A stretch of DNA of 62,247 nt, filler included, from Choristocarpus tenellus KU-1152 (Eukaryota > Protista > Phaeophyceae), in the NCBI GenBank assembly GCA_964200185.2. It is 10 parts of 10 records of this genome, joined end to end, with 100 filler letters (N's around TTAATTAATTAA, not from the genome) between each part and the next. Parts side by side here need not be neighbours in the genome. Positions count along the whole stretch, not along the records: positions 1 to 7,663 come from CAXNAD020005791.1; positions 7,764 to 13,831 come from CAXNAD020009024.1; 8 more parts are not named here. The stretch is one strand, 5' to 3'. The position numbers were made by a program, and so were the translations under genes. Positions 1-13,014 of this stretch are shown one piece after another. Below the pieces are notes generated by a model. It was given only the letters and a program-made list of their open reading frames with translations. It did no database searches and was not told the origin of the DNA. Position 1 is the stretch's first letter; every line of letters begins with the position of its first letter.

Positions 1-52
1 CCAAAATGGACACCCTGCGGTAGCCCCCCCCCCCCCCCAGATACTTTCGGCC
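1..52 (+). mobile_element. MITE family C, long-spacer end (truncated by window start)
   Basis: CCAAAATGGAC-27 bp-AGATACTTTCGGCC, homologous to 26223-26275 and 34152-34202. Confidence 0.85.
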
Positions 53-149
53 TTCTCTATCAAGACATACAATGATCAACCACATAGATAAACTGGGTGA
101 TGGTAAGGAGTGTGGTAGTAGTTGCAAGGTGATACATACACAACTGTAC

Positions 150-1400
150 ACCATTCAAATGAGTTCCACTGTTGAGGTTGGAACTTTCCCGTTGGACAAA
201 CTGCACTATACGCCTCCTTCTTACAGGAAGAATTTGTGGCACAGGCAGTGCTTACGGTCTGTTATGAGGTCGAATGTATCACATTCTAAAGTGGAACTCA
301 GTAAAGGTAACCCCATTTCTGCTAGCAATCATGTTCACAGATGTCTCGTGAGTACTGCATCGGGTGAGCTGGAAGTAATTTTCAACCTCTGCCCTTCCTC
401 CTTTCTGTCGTAATAGTCGTCGCGAGGAAGATACATATTACCACTACTCTACTGTATAGGATTCCTCTTGGCATTTCCATCCTATGGACAAGAATTTGAG
501 CAAGAATCCTCGACAAAGGATTTCCGTCGCCTCACTCCGTCCATTGAAGTCGAAACCACTACATCGCTCGGGCGTACACCTTTCTAAGACCTACATGGAA
601 AACTTCACAGTGGATCCCGTAGGTTGTGGGAGCTGGGAGACAGGATTCTACATATGGAAGGGAGTTGGTTGGGGAAGCAATATCAACCGTGAGTGACAGG
701 TCGATTGTTCATTGATTGATCTTGAGTGACGTCGACGGGTTTGAATGTTTTGGGCAATGTGGGAATTGAGGAATGGGACATTGATTATACTTGTGAATTT
801 GATGAGCTTTGTATCGCATAGTGGTATCCTATGATCGGGTAGACGAACGCAAAGCAGGGAGTCTCTACATAGAAAATTGCCTTTGGCTCATGTGAAAGAG
901 TGCGAGTTGGCTTGGTGAAATCTCCTCTCTTGTCCACTTTATTCCTCGGTCTCACATCCTTGTGGATGAGTCCAACTTCTTTGCAGGAGCAGTTCATCTT
1001 TTTTACATTTTAACGTCGCAAAATAACCCTTCCTTGGCACTTACTAAATATAAGCAGAGGACCATTCACATGACCTCAAGCACAACCTCTCCTATGCTAC
1101 TCCTACGTGTATCATTCAGTATTGCTTTCTAGCTGGGTGAATGGTGCAGTTTGCTACGGCTTGAAAAACATAGCCATTATTGAGAAAGGACTAGTGGACA
1201 GTGTGACCTGTGAGGACAGGATTATTTCTGGAGGGTGGGCCACTAACAATACAAATCCATCTCATCACACGGCTGAATCGGAAGCTTCCACTCCTTCTAT
1301 GAAGTCTGTTGGTCTAAACTGTATCATCAAGCCAACATCACACTTGTGCATCTTCAGCACAGTCGATGTGAGCGACGAGTAGATTAGGAGTAATTATTTT
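150..1400 (-). mobile_element. Highly degenerate LTR-retrotransposon pol remnant (RNase H / integrase-like)
   Basis: Broken minus-strand peptides FIEGVEASDSAV..GFVLL and TFDLITD../ALPVP loosely resemble gypsy RNase H (F.xE.DAS..A.G.VL) and integrase starts; many stops and frameshifts. Confidence 0.3.
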
Positions 1401-2825
1401 CTTCTGTTGTTCGTTCCCTTGTTTGGTAGTTCACCCGTAGGATTTCTAGTGTGACCCAATAGCATTTCCGTGTCATCAGTTGGGAGTCACTATTATATAT
1501 ATATATATATATATGATGCAATTCCTATTTTATAGTCTTGCAGTTACTGCCTTCCCACCCCTCCACGTCGACGCCATGTACGTACAGTATGTATCATAGT
1601 TTTATTCCAGTTTTATCCTCACAAGCACTTGCACTGAAGGAATATACAGCTTTCCTGGAGGAGAAGGGAGCTCCTGCGCAGCTCAGGCATCAGACATCCA
1701 GGAAGGAATATTCTCAACGGCCCAATGATGAGAGAAGAAGTGTTGGGTGGGATCAACGTTCAAGACCTGGAAAGATAGAGGCTCGGGAGGTAAGATTGAT
1801 GTGAATCAGTACTTGGAGCATTTGTGAAGATTGCATCTGCATGCTGCATTTTGGTATTGACTACCATTTTATGGTTTGGCATTGTAATTGGTGTAAAGTC
1901 CCTCACTGTTTCTTATTGTACCTTTTCCCCTGTGATCCTATTTACATTGAACGGTGAATGAATTGTGTCTGCTGAGTTCCCATTCCATTTGGAAGCACAT
2001 TGAATAGTTGGGGATTATTTTGTCGCAATGCAGATATTTGGCAAAACTTGCGACAGTAGAACGTGAGGTCATTGGGAACATTTTCATCCTGATCCTGATC
2101 TTGGTATTGCAACTATCAGAAAATGCGGTTGTGTCTGTTTCTTTGTTAGCTGCACCCTACTGAGGAATTACCAAGATTTCACATTTTACTTGCATAAAAT
2201 ATGCTACATAACGCTCCCAGTATATTTAGATGGGATATGTAGCTCCAATCCACATGCCTGCAAGCTGACGATGAGGCCCAGAGATGGTTCCTGCAATGTA
2301 TCGATAGCCTGACAACCAATAAAAATGGGTGGTTACCAGGATATTGACAAAATATGCAGATATTCTCAAGCTGATTGTTTGTATGACTGCATCTCAGAGA
2401 CCAAGGGTGCGTAGGAAGAACTACGATTGGAATCTGGATGGGTCTATTTTTGAGAAGACGTAGTTACAACTGAAATGTGTTGCTTTATTCTCAAGTTGCA
2501 GGTTTTTCACTAAATTGACAGCGACCTTAACATATCCCTTTTGGGGCTGTCTGGTTGCATGCTTGCTGCTTGCGGTTGTTTGACCTTGAGAAGCAATTCC
2601 TTCGCTCATTGCCTGTAACAAGCCCCCTAGTGTGAACTAGGTACATGTGTTTCATGCGTAGCGCAGGCGATTTTCATAGTTTAAGAGAAAGGAATCATCA
2701 ACGACCTCTAACGTATTGTTGCAACATGTATTTGTTACCCTTGCATGGTGAGTCCAACAGTATAAAAAAGAATCAACTTTGAGTTGGTCTTTTACGGTCT
2801 TCAGTTTTCCGGTTTACCAAATCAC

Positions 2826-3430
2826 TTCTAAAGTGTGACCAAACTATACCCTTGTTTCTTTTGGGAGTGACCGTCTAAAAGTCGCACGATACAATCAGAT
2901 TCAGTTCACATCTAGTCTAATCAGATTATACACTTGTCTCTTCTGACGGTCTGGTTCATAGTCAACAAGCATGCATCTCTGGCTTGGCCTATGATGAAAA
3001 GGGTCCCCTGTTCTGATTTATCATTATCACCTCTAAATGGTATTAAAAAATGCCCTTGCTTCTTTTGGGAGTGTCCACCCAACAGTCACAGGATACAAAC
3101 TGAATCAGTTTCGCATTTGCCTAATAATCGGAGTATATTCTTGTCTCTTATGGGGGTCTGGTTCAAAAGTTGCGAAGCTATATCTCTGACTTGGCCTACA
3201 ATAGAAGGGTCCCCAGTTTCAATTTACTCCATTACCTCTAAACTGTGAAAAAAAAAAACTTGCTTTTATTGAGAGTAACTGTCCAACAGTCACTGGATAT
3301 ATAGTCCACATCTAACCTAATCAGAGTAGACTCTTGTCTCTTCTGGGGATGATCTGGTTCGAAAGTTGCACAGCATACACCTCCTACTCTGTAAACAACA
3401 GAAGGTTACCCAGTTCCGATCTTCCTATGT
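2826..3430. repeat. Diverged tandem repeat, about 205-bp unit x3
   Basis: Recurring blocks CTTGYTTCTTTTGGGAGTG, CTTGTCTCTT..GGTCTGGTTC and AGGGTCCCC at about 205-bp period. Confidence 0.8.
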
Positions 3431-3805
3431 CACACCTAACCTTCTGAGTGTACATTTGTTTCCCTTGGGCACCTAATCCATGAATTATAAAGCTACTTAA
3501 GGATCGGCCTGGTGTCTTTGGTCAATAAATATACTCAAGATTCCCACTCCATTCAACGCTAAGGAGATGTAAAACAATCGCCTATCAAACGGGTTGGACC
3601 TCAAGTTTGTCCTATGGTATTCCTCGTTCCGATTTTCCCATGTCACACCTGACCTTTTGAACACACTCATTTGGCCCTTGGGTGCCTAGTCCACGAGTTA
3701 TTAACCACAAGTTCAATTTGGGATTGGCCAGGTGTTTTTGTCAGTTAATAAATTCAAGGATCCCATGCCATTCATGGCAAAAGAGATGTGTGACAGTTGC
3801 CTACA
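3410..3805. repeat. Diverged tandem duplication, about 215-bp unit x2
   Basis: GTTCCGAT..CC.ATGTCACACCT.ACCTT and GGCC.GGTGT.TTT..CCATTCA..AGAGATGT each occur twice. Confidence 0.75.
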
Positions 3806-4304
3806 CCATGCCCCCCATTTTAAAGCATTGACAGGCCTTTAATGCTCTGAACAGTCAAATTAGCATGACCCAAAAAAGATAAGAAAAATGTAGAAATTGA
3901 TTAGAAAGTAAATAATAGGACATATGCTACCTCTGTGCCGTAAGTTTGTGCCGCGAGAACGGCGCCGAATCAGACGATAACTGCACAGAATGAAATCGGG
4001 TTGATAATCTCTGCTTTCAGAAAAGGTAGAGGTCGAGGATCATCATGTACAAACTCGAGGTGCTTCTAGCCGTCAAAGCAGAGGTCTTTTGGGGTGACTT
4101 TGAGGCCAGAACTGGGCACGTTGAGGGTCAGAGCGTCTGTATGACAACCTCCCCATCGACCCCCCCGCATAGTAAGTGTGCCCAAGTGTTCTTGAATACC
4201 CGGGTTGCGCTTGCAGAGCAGCACGCCCTCGCAATGGTCCCTGGTGAGCATAAACTGTCACGACACATTGGGCCGGCCCTCGCAGTGGAGTTTGGGGTGT
4301 GTGA

Positions 4305-4930
4305 GTTTGCTTTTGAATTAGCCCGTCGCAATCTGGGAGAACGGAACGCTAAGAGAATGACTAGCAATAAAACTCTTGTTTTCCCTGTGTTTCAAGTTGG
4401 AGCTAAAGTTTTGGTGCACCGTCCACATACTGACTGACCGTGACGGACTCAACCCAAAACTGATTCACCCCTGACGTGAACCTTTCACAGTGACTGCCAA
4501 GATTTCCCCTGTAGTTTACTGTGTTCGCAAACAAGGTGACATCAAATATATTTCTGTTCACTTACCCACTTGAAACCTTGCATTCCGAACACAAAACCAC
4601 CTGAACCTGATTTTATGAAACTCGTATTTTTTTTTCTTGGCCGTACTTTGCCCTTATCGGTTCTTGATGACTTAGAATCCAGTAACCATTGGTCCTTATG
4701 TTATTGAAGTCAATGTGGGAAACAAGTTTGGCTGTGGAACTCGTTCACCTATGAAAGCATAGAATATAGATTACACCTGAAAGGTTATGGTTGTGCTTCT
4801 GAGGTATTCTATCGTCCACGTGATTTGCTACAATGTGCAGAAATAATTTCTACATATCGGCAATAACATTGTCTGGATACACCTAATTCCAGCACAAAAC
4901 CTTCAGTTGTTACCAAATCTGATCCATGAA
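4305..4930 (+). mobile_element. Ty3/gypsy (chromovirus-type) remnant: integrase C-terminus plus chromodomain
   Basis: FELARRNL..FQVGAKVLVHRP..NPKLIHP*REPFTVTAKISPVVYCV..ISVHL (GPY/F-region) then EYRLHLKGYG..CAEIISTYR; stops and frameshifts. Confidence 0.8.
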
Positions 4931-5299
4931 ACGTTTCCATACTTGATTGAACTTTATACTGGAGGTGTCATATTTTTTATTATATTGGTGTTGTAAATTA
5001 TATTTTTGTTTCAGTAAATAATTTGTGGTTGAGTTGTTCAATATATATGTATTACATGGGTGTTTGTTCTGACCAATATCAACTTACGCTAAGTCGATTT
5101 TTTCTTTGTACATGTGCACCCATGTATGAACGGAGAAGATCTGAGTTCATTCTTCCAAATGACTCTTACACACTTGTTATATTTTTTTTCATTTTAATAT
5201 TATTATTTTTCATGAGGACAACTGTCTTGTTCAACAGCTATTTCAGTGATGGTGTATGCCCAACTCGATTCCTGTGTTTGTTCTCGGTTTAAAATTGAC

Positions 5300-7230
5300 T
5301 TTCTTTTTCCGATTTTATATCTAATTGATTAGAACATCCACGTGAAATGCTGTTGAACTTTATATACGCAAGTATATAATGGTTGGTGCTGCAGTTATAC
5401 AGCTGTAATTTGATCACGATTTCTGCGCTCCCTTTGGGAGTCTCCCGTGTTCTTTTTCTCATTGGAGATGATGGTCCATGCTTTTGCATCTGTATGTCCT
5501 TTGCTGGAGTTAACAGAATTTCATGCTAAGACTAGCTAGTCCTTGACCATGCCCCTTTTCACGTTGAAGATTTGACCAGACGTGTTCATATCTGATACAT
5601 CGAAATCGTGATTGTTCGCCCAGATATGTTTTATTTTATCACCCGTGATCAAGGTAAAGCGGCACTGATTTTGTTGCCAACAAATCAATCTTAGTTGTAA
5701 GTGCTAAGTTGTTAGGCCGCACGAAAAATACTTTTTGCTCTGCATTTTTGCAAATAGGCAGATATTTTTGTGTACACAATTGTCTTGCAACACAAATTTC
5801 CTATTTGAGAGTATATTGTTTTTTCTTCAATGCTCATGTCAGTTTTTCTGCACACGCATTTCCTCCATTTCCCATTGACTCCTGTTTTGTTTTGATACCT
5901 GCATCAAACCACATGGGGGGGGGGTGATATGAGAGCCATCTTCCACAGAAGGTGTAGATGTGGGGCGTGTGTCGGTTGTGCACCAGGATATGAGGGATCA
6001 TCCGGGCATCTGTTAGTGATGAAATTGTTTTCGACATATAGTGGACGTGCTCACCCGGGGGCCAAGTTGTGTGTGTCACACCGTCGATGTTTGATGAGAA
6101 CGAACTTCCATACCCGTGGGTGGTGCCTTGAGGAGAGTAGTGAGGGGCGTGGGTGTCGGACATGGGAGACGATCCTCCAGCATCATCTGCAGCCGAAGCG
6201 GAGGGGCTCGCATTTCGCCACATGTCTCACATGAATTCCGTTCGTTGTTTGGCGGATGACCTTAGTGTGTCGATGTTGATGTCGTATTTTCTTGCTGTGA
6301 TGTACAGAAGGAGTTGAAACGTCGATGTCACCCCGTCATTGCCTATTTCAACATCACAAGCGATGCCGACAAGGATAGATTTGTATATCTGGCGGGTATG
6401 CTCGGTGCTAAGATCTTTCTTTACACATTCTAGGAATGTCTTGACCTGGTGACCAGGCGTGGACTCGCGTTTTTCCCGAGTCAGCACAACTCGCAGCGCA
6501 CTCGCCAACGGTGCAAATCTGCTTTTCTCATCCAACAACCAAGAGGCAAGGTCGTTCCAAGTGCGGCCGCTTCCTCTTCCATCTCTTCTGGACCATCGTG
6601 GTCGACAAACATGGAGAGGAAGAGGTCCACGATCTGCTCTGTTTTGGATTTCTTCCACGAACGGGCGGCACTGGTCTTGGGCAGTCTCTTTAGTCCCCGT
6701 TTCCTGAGTGGGATCCAAAGGAGGTTACGATATGAGTTGGGTGAGTTTGTTTCCCTTTGACATTAGTGATGGATACTAATGATGCGAACATAGGTAATAC
6801 TGCATCTTTCTTCGGGGGAAGGGGTTTGCACAATATTTGGTCACGAAGTGTTCCACGGAGTACGACTGTGTGTTGGATGACACCCCACTTTGAAAGCATG
6901 AAGAAGGGTGCGTTTGATACATCGAGAAAACCGAAACTGCCCTTATTAGAATATCCTGAAAAGGTGTGCATCGCATATGCTGTCAATCGCGAGCCATGTA
7001 GGACGGAGTGAATGGTTGTCGAACAGTAGAGTGTGTGCGTTGATCTGATTTTTTGGGGGAAACAATTGACAAGTGCGTGGTGGGTGTCGCCCCTGACACT
7101 TTGGCGAATGTATGTACTATATAATTGACGTGTTCTGTCGAACGGTAAACTAATGTGTACGATTTATTTTGTGGTGGAAGGGATACTGAACGTTTCGTGT
7201 GATGTCGGTCAACACATATCCCCACATGCA
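5300..7230 (-). pseudogene. Degenerate intronless coding-like region of unknown origin
   Basis: Chain of overlapping minus-strand ORF pieces (6986-6690, 6718-6227 and others), visibly CpG-rich compared with flanks; no recognised motif. Confidence 0.3.
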
Positions 7231-7311
7231 CATACCATCATATGCGCCCCTTTCTCTATAGGGGATATGATATCGAGATTGAGTTTTGTGGTAAGTCGAG
7301 GACGATGGTTT

Positions 7312-7585
7312 GGAGGCGCGCAGCTTCAAAGGGGTTAGTGTGTGGACAGTCGCAACTCTTGCCAGACTTTGTCGTACGGTAAAGTATGGCGAAAATGACT
7401 TGAGGTGTGTGGCTTGAAAAAAGTTGGTATATGGACTCCCACAACTTTCGCCACACTTTGTTGTAGGACAAAGTATGGCAAAAATGACATGATGCGTGTG
7501 GCTTCAAATAAGTTGGTATGTGGACAGCCGCAGTTTCTGCCATACTTCACTGTTTGACAAAGTATGGCAAAAATGACATGAGGCG
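7312..7585. repeat. 89-bp tandem repeat x3, each unit with an internal palindrome
   Basis: AAAGTATGGC at 7381, 7470 and 7559, each preceded by its imperfect reverse complement GCCA(G/C/T)ACTT. Confidence 0.9.
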
Positions 7586-7663
7586 AGCAGATGAAGGAAG
7601 GGCGAAACATGACTTGGTATAATTTCATTATCGTGTAAGGGTGAGAGACGGTGTCAGGGTTAG

Positions 7664-7763
7664 NNNNNNNNNNNNNNNNNNNNNNNNNNNNNNNNNNNNN
7701 NNNNNNNTTAATTAATTAANNNNNNNNNNNNNNNNNNNNNNNNNNNNNNNNNNNNNNNNNNNN
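7664..7763. other. Artificial contig-join linker (N44-TTAATTAATTAA-N44); identical linkers at 13832-13931, 25807-25906, 28955-29054, 39932-40031, 43000-43099, 49247-49346, 52537-52636, 58086-58185
   Basis: Nine identical 100-bp blocks of Ns around a palindromic all-frame-stop 12-mer. Confidence 0.98.
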
Positions 7764-8164
7764 GGGGAAGTGAATTGTGGGGGACTGGACGGACAACTTG
7801 GTATGAATTAAATGGGCAATGTGAATAATCTGTTGGACATGTATTTTTAGAGAGAGAGAGGGAGAGGGAGAGGGAGGGAGGGAAGGAGGGAGGGAGGAAG
7901 GGAGAGAGCGCTGAATAAGGGTCAATGCTTGAGTGTATGTACATTCTAGAACAGCCACGTAACAAAGAATTGTGGAAATTGCAGGGCATTATCTACCCCT
8001 GAAAAATAAGCTTGACACTGGAGCCCAACGCATGCACACTCTTCTTGACTTATCAGCCTTGTCCGCAGTGTCCAGCACTCTTTTGCCCTGGCAAGCACCT
8101 GTAAAGAGTGTCCTCTTGCCATTCCGACAAACTTAACACAAACAACCGCCTACAATACCTACAG

Positions 8165-8368
8165 GGCTTCAACAAGGCGTTGGCTGAGATTGTTCAACAC
8201 GGCATGGTGAACACCGGGAGGGCATTCGGAAGAGCCTTGACCCGGAGCAGAAGCTCCTCCGGATCAAGGGCTGGCGCAGAAGCACACTATGCATCTCAGC
8301 TGGACCGATTGACCGCAGCGTTTGCGTTTTGCGCTGATGTCTCGTTGACCATGGGGGGAAAGATTAAG

Positions 8369-8439
<71 letters not shown>

Positions 8440-11400
8440 TCGAAGGGCTTGATGCACTACTTGTTTTCATGAAGGGTCGCGATTGTGTGTTCCTCCTTCT
8501 TTTGAGCGGAGGCGTTCCCAGCAGCCTAGCTCGACTTACTCTTGGGAGTAAGCACCGCACGGTAAAGAGTAGTGCATGTTAAGAGTAGTGCATGTTAAGA
8601 GTAGTGCATGTTAAGAGTAGTGCATGTTAAGAGTAGTGCATTGTAGAAAACAACAACGGTGAGTTTGCAGTACGTTCTCCCTTACATCGATATTATTGAG
8701 AGCGTGCGGTAGCTCCCAATACCTCTTCTGGCAACGAGACCTGACTCCTCTGCCTTGCTTGCACAATTGGACCAAGTGTTTCCTGAACTCACTACACACT
8801 AGAACAGTAGTGTCGACCGGTGGGAGCGTGTTTAGTGTTTTCATTATTTTCATTGTTTTCATTCCGAGGCATTTGAATGTAGTGTTCTCCTCTGGTTTTG
8901 CATCTGTTTTCCATTGTCCATTTCCTCCTCGCCCATACTCGCCGGTCACGGACTCGACACCGTGTCCCCCCCTCCCCCCCTCCCCACCTCTTGTATCAAA
9001 AGTTCGCAGAGATGCTTTCTGGGCGGTATGCGGATGTGCTGAGCAACCTGGTGCTTGGATATGCTACACTGTGGTACACATCTCACCTGAATGTTAAGGG
9101 CCTCGACAAGGTTACTGACTACGCCATGCAGGTGTGGAACTTGGGTGGGCGGGAGGGGGAGATTCGGGTTGGTGTGCTTGGCGTAGCTGATCTTTTTTCT
9201 GTTCACTCTTGTCAACTGGGTTAAGGTGCTCCGTGCTATATATATATATATATATATAATCGTGTGCGAGTGTGTGGTTCTACCTTTTTTTTTTTGTATT
9301 TCTGTTAACTCTTTTCTATTTTCGTGGTCGGTTGCAAGTCTTGAATACATCTCCAAAAGAAAAAAAGAAAAATATTAGAAGGATAACATACACCTTTTTC
9401 TTAGTGGGCGAGGTACAATTACCTCGACTAATTTCTTCTGCATTCCTTTCAAGTGTTTTGCCGAGTCCCCCCCCCTCCCTGTACATTATCGTCGATATTC
9501 TCTTTTCGATTTTTCCACCCTAAATCTCCAACCCTTCACCTCCCACCCACATCCGACAACTCCTGCAGAATATTTTGAGTGACATTGAGAAGGCGTTCTA
9601 CGGGATATTTGCAAACTTCCCCACCCGCCCATTGGCATGGGCGATGCAAGGAGTGGCCTTTCCCACTGGTCGTTGCTATGATCCCCCCTCTGATGCACTG
9701 GCGAGGGAGGTGGCCCAACTTGTGTCAACCAACTCAGAGGTATGGTGTACTGGGATATGTATATATATATATATTGAGGTTGATGCGACTAAAGGGCTAG
9801 CCCACAGTTTGTGCATAGTGCATAGTGCATAGTGTGCGTGTGTGTGTGTGTGTATTTTGTTGATTATCCTGTGCAAACATGTGTTGGAGTGATGTGACAG
9901 TGTAGTGGATGGGGTAGGATGTGAGTGGTTTTTTCCAAGCAAACCCCCTGTTGAGAGAAATTTGGCAGTTTTGATGCCAATGACTTGATCATGTCTATGA
10001 TGAATAGAAATGCATTTGCATATTGCATACACTACAGCAGCACTTGCGTTGAAACTTCAATGCTGAAGTGAAGTGTTCTGAGTACGACAGACCCTGGTGA
10101 GGGGTTGTAGCACTGTGTATATACTAATGCCCCACCTCCACCCTTCTCCCCCAAACAACACTGTCATCCAACATGGACTGGGAATTGCATAGGTGAGGAA
10201 CTTGTTCTCAGAGAACACCTTCTTGAGCAAGGATCCCATGGCCCGCATGACCCTCATCAACAACACTCTTCCCAAGGTGAAGTAACATTTTTGAGATAGA
10301 AAAAAAAGGAACGTACCAGGAACACTCCTGAGAACCTTTACCTAAGCTTTCCATTTTACTTCACATCCATACAGCATCAAATCCAACTATCCGAGGATCA
10401 CACACCACACCTAACCCGGGTGTAAGTGAACTCAGTTCCACCCTCTACATACAAAGACTTCCGCACTCCTACACCTCCCCTCCCCATCAGCAATGAAAGC
10501 AACGTGATCTGCATCCCTCGGTAGTGGCTGGTGCTGTGATACCTACAATGTCGGTACAAAACGCCTCGCAATATTTGTATCGCTCCTTCTTTCTCGTTTT
10601 TGCGTCCTCCCATCCCTCAATCAGTGTACCCTTTAACTTAGCCCTGACAAACTTAGCCCTGACAAGCAGCTGTTGCCCCGTGCCCCCCGCCCCCGCCCCT
10701 TTTACATGAACCCCCCCCCTTTTTTTCATGCCTGTGTGGCCTCTGCTGCATACATGGGTTGATGGTTGCCCGACTGCAGGCGATTGCCGCGGATGATATC
10801 CTTCGTGCTCTCCGCCGTGAGAAGAGGGAGGCCACAGAGGAGGAGCAGGCCATCATAGACGAGGCAGAAGCCGCCCGGGAGGTCATCATTCAGGTTTGTG
10901 TTGACTTGAGGCGAATCTGGTAGTGCTTAAGTTGTTCTTGTTCAGTCCACTCTGCGCTCAGCCTGTGCCCGGAGCTTTGCTCAACCCAGAACTCTGGCTG
11001 GTCACAATACTAGTCTCGGTTCAGGCATATATTTCGTGCAGTTTTTGAACTTGGTGCTGAACGTTGCCTCCTCATTGTAATTTATATATATATATATATA
11101 TATATATTTAGAATGTGGCTAAGCGCCTTCGGATATACATACATTGCAGTGTCACCACTCTGGTAGTTCTCTCCCGCTGTAACTGTTCAGTTTGGTTGCC
11201 TGTGTAGCTCTGCATGGATAAATGTTCTTTGGGAGAGAGTATTGGACGGGGGGTGTTGATGGCATGGTGTGACGTAGCCAGATTCATTTTTTGCACGGGT
11301 TGTGCCTACCATATCGACTCCCAACAAGTGACGAGAGACGACACACACACACACACACACACACATATATGCCCCACGGGGAGTTCTGTCCGAGTTGCGT

Positions 11401-12032
11401 GAATAGTACTGCAGGAGACGTTCTGGAATGTGACACTGTAAGAAAATGAAAAACGTTAAGACATTAAATAAAAAGTCGTAACCGATAGATACCCTTGGCA
11501 CCATAAGGAGAGGCACCGTATTCAGAAAGCCAGTGTACATAGAAGCGGGTAAATCAAAGTGAGAGACCCCTGTGGACACACAAAAAACCAAGTGTAGGGA
11601 TGGTGCTGCAACAACATCACCTTCACGAAGAGAGAGATTTTTGCTGGACGGTGATGATGCTATATATATATATATATAGGTTTTTTGTTTATGTGAAAAA
11701 CGAGTTTGTTTATTGTAGACCTGATTTTGATTTTGATTTTTGTCTTCACCCTTCTACTCTATATGGACAGCAACAGCAACAGCAACACTCCTGTTCTTCC
11801 TGCATAGTAGTACCCCATAGCTCGTCTCCCACGATATCCCTTCGCCAAACTTCAATCTCTTGCATACATCTGTCCATCAAATTGCATCGGTGTCACACAG
11901 GTTGACAGTTTCCCAGGACTGGGCAAGGAGATGCTTGAAGGTCGTGACTTCAACCCCGAGAACCGCCCTGCCCTCGATGATATTTATGGGGTCAAGTCAA
12001 GGGCTGCAGGCAATGCGAGTGCGGTTGCTTGA
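8165..12032 (+). CDS. fadE: FadE-type acyl-CoA dehydrogenase, C-terminal half (5' part absent from contig); exons 8165-8368, 9003-9131, 9569-9739, 10193-10276, 10780-10893, 11901-12032
   Basis: All exons bounded by AG/GT, all phase 0, and they join in frame. Motifs AFAFCADVSLTMGGKIKFAEMLSGRYADVLSNL, NFP..FPTGRCYDPPSD and AEAAREVIIQVDSF match the FadE C-terminal (DUF1974) region. Confidence 0.9.
8372..8435. repeat. Compound microsatellite (GT)n(GA)n in intron
   Basis: Directly visible. Confidence 0.95.
8565..8641. repeat. 16-bp minisatellite AAGAGTAGTGCATGTT x4.8 (intronic)
   Basis: Perfect tandem copies at 8565, 8581, 8597, 8613 and a partial copy at 8629. Confidence 0.97.
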
Positions 12033-12981
12033 TCCATCCCGAGGGGGTCGAGGTTTTGGTTAGGCTGTGTGCTGGATTGAGACTCATGGACGCCTCAAAG
12101 GGCAGTGCTCTGAGATATGGGATGAGGGGATTATGCTTATTTTCTTGTGTGCCTGTATCTTACCCTCTCATGGTATCCAGAGAACAATCTCTACACAAAG
12201 GTTGTCTTGTGCATTCTGTGCAAATGCCCAGGTGACATGAAGTTGCGGTGAACACGATAAGACTCCTTTACGTGCTATGGTGGGTGAAGAAGGCAGATTT
12301 CCTGCGACCTCCCTTTTATTATGCAGCTATGGCTGACGGGAAGGGGTTCTTTCTGCTCTACTGGGTGGGGGGTTGAGGGGAAAAACGTTTGTGTGCTTGG
12401 TGGAAGAGAGAGAGAGAGAGAGAGAGGAGGGGAAGGAGAGGTCAACAGAATCGTCTTTTTTTTTTGTAAAGTTGGGTACGGTGTACAGTGTGTGTGTATA
12501 TTTTTGTTTTTTTCCGTTTGGGTTTGTGTGCTGGAATGAAGAAGATTTGGTGAGAACGTTTAGAGGCAGTCCATGTTTTCTGAACATATTAGGAGGCCCC
12601 TGTTGCAAGCCAGTACAATAAATGACAATGTTGTGGTATCTTCTTATGTGGAAGTACTTCTTGACTTAAGTCTGGACTACTTAGGGGTAGTTGTTTTGGA
12701 TAAGAGGATGGGAAGTGGAAGTACTTGCAATACATTGAGGACCCAGTAGATAATGCTGGCTGTGAGCAGGGGCAACAATTTTGTGTGTGTTATTGGTGGT
12801 CGTGCAGTGTGCAGGTTGGGGCTGTGATATGCTATCATAGTGTGTGTACCCCTTGCTGGCATAAAGGTGTGGCATCAGAGGGTCATGAGAGGATTGTACT
12901 GAGGAGTATTTTATTATATAGAAGGGTATTAGCGCAGCACAATGTAGATTGAGGAAGACATCAGCTACGAATAGGGAGCGA

Positions 12982-13014
<33 letters not shown>

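Noticed and set aside
7312-7585. CRISPR-like array
   Set aside because: Sequences between palindromes are homologous to each other rather than unique spacers; no cas genes; eukaryotic context
7708-7719. Recurrent palindrome TTAATTAATTAA
   Set aside because: Always centred in N-runs; a synthetic concatenation linker
8565-8641. CRISPR-like short direct repeats
   Set aside because: Head-to-tail 16-mers with no spacers; a minisatellite
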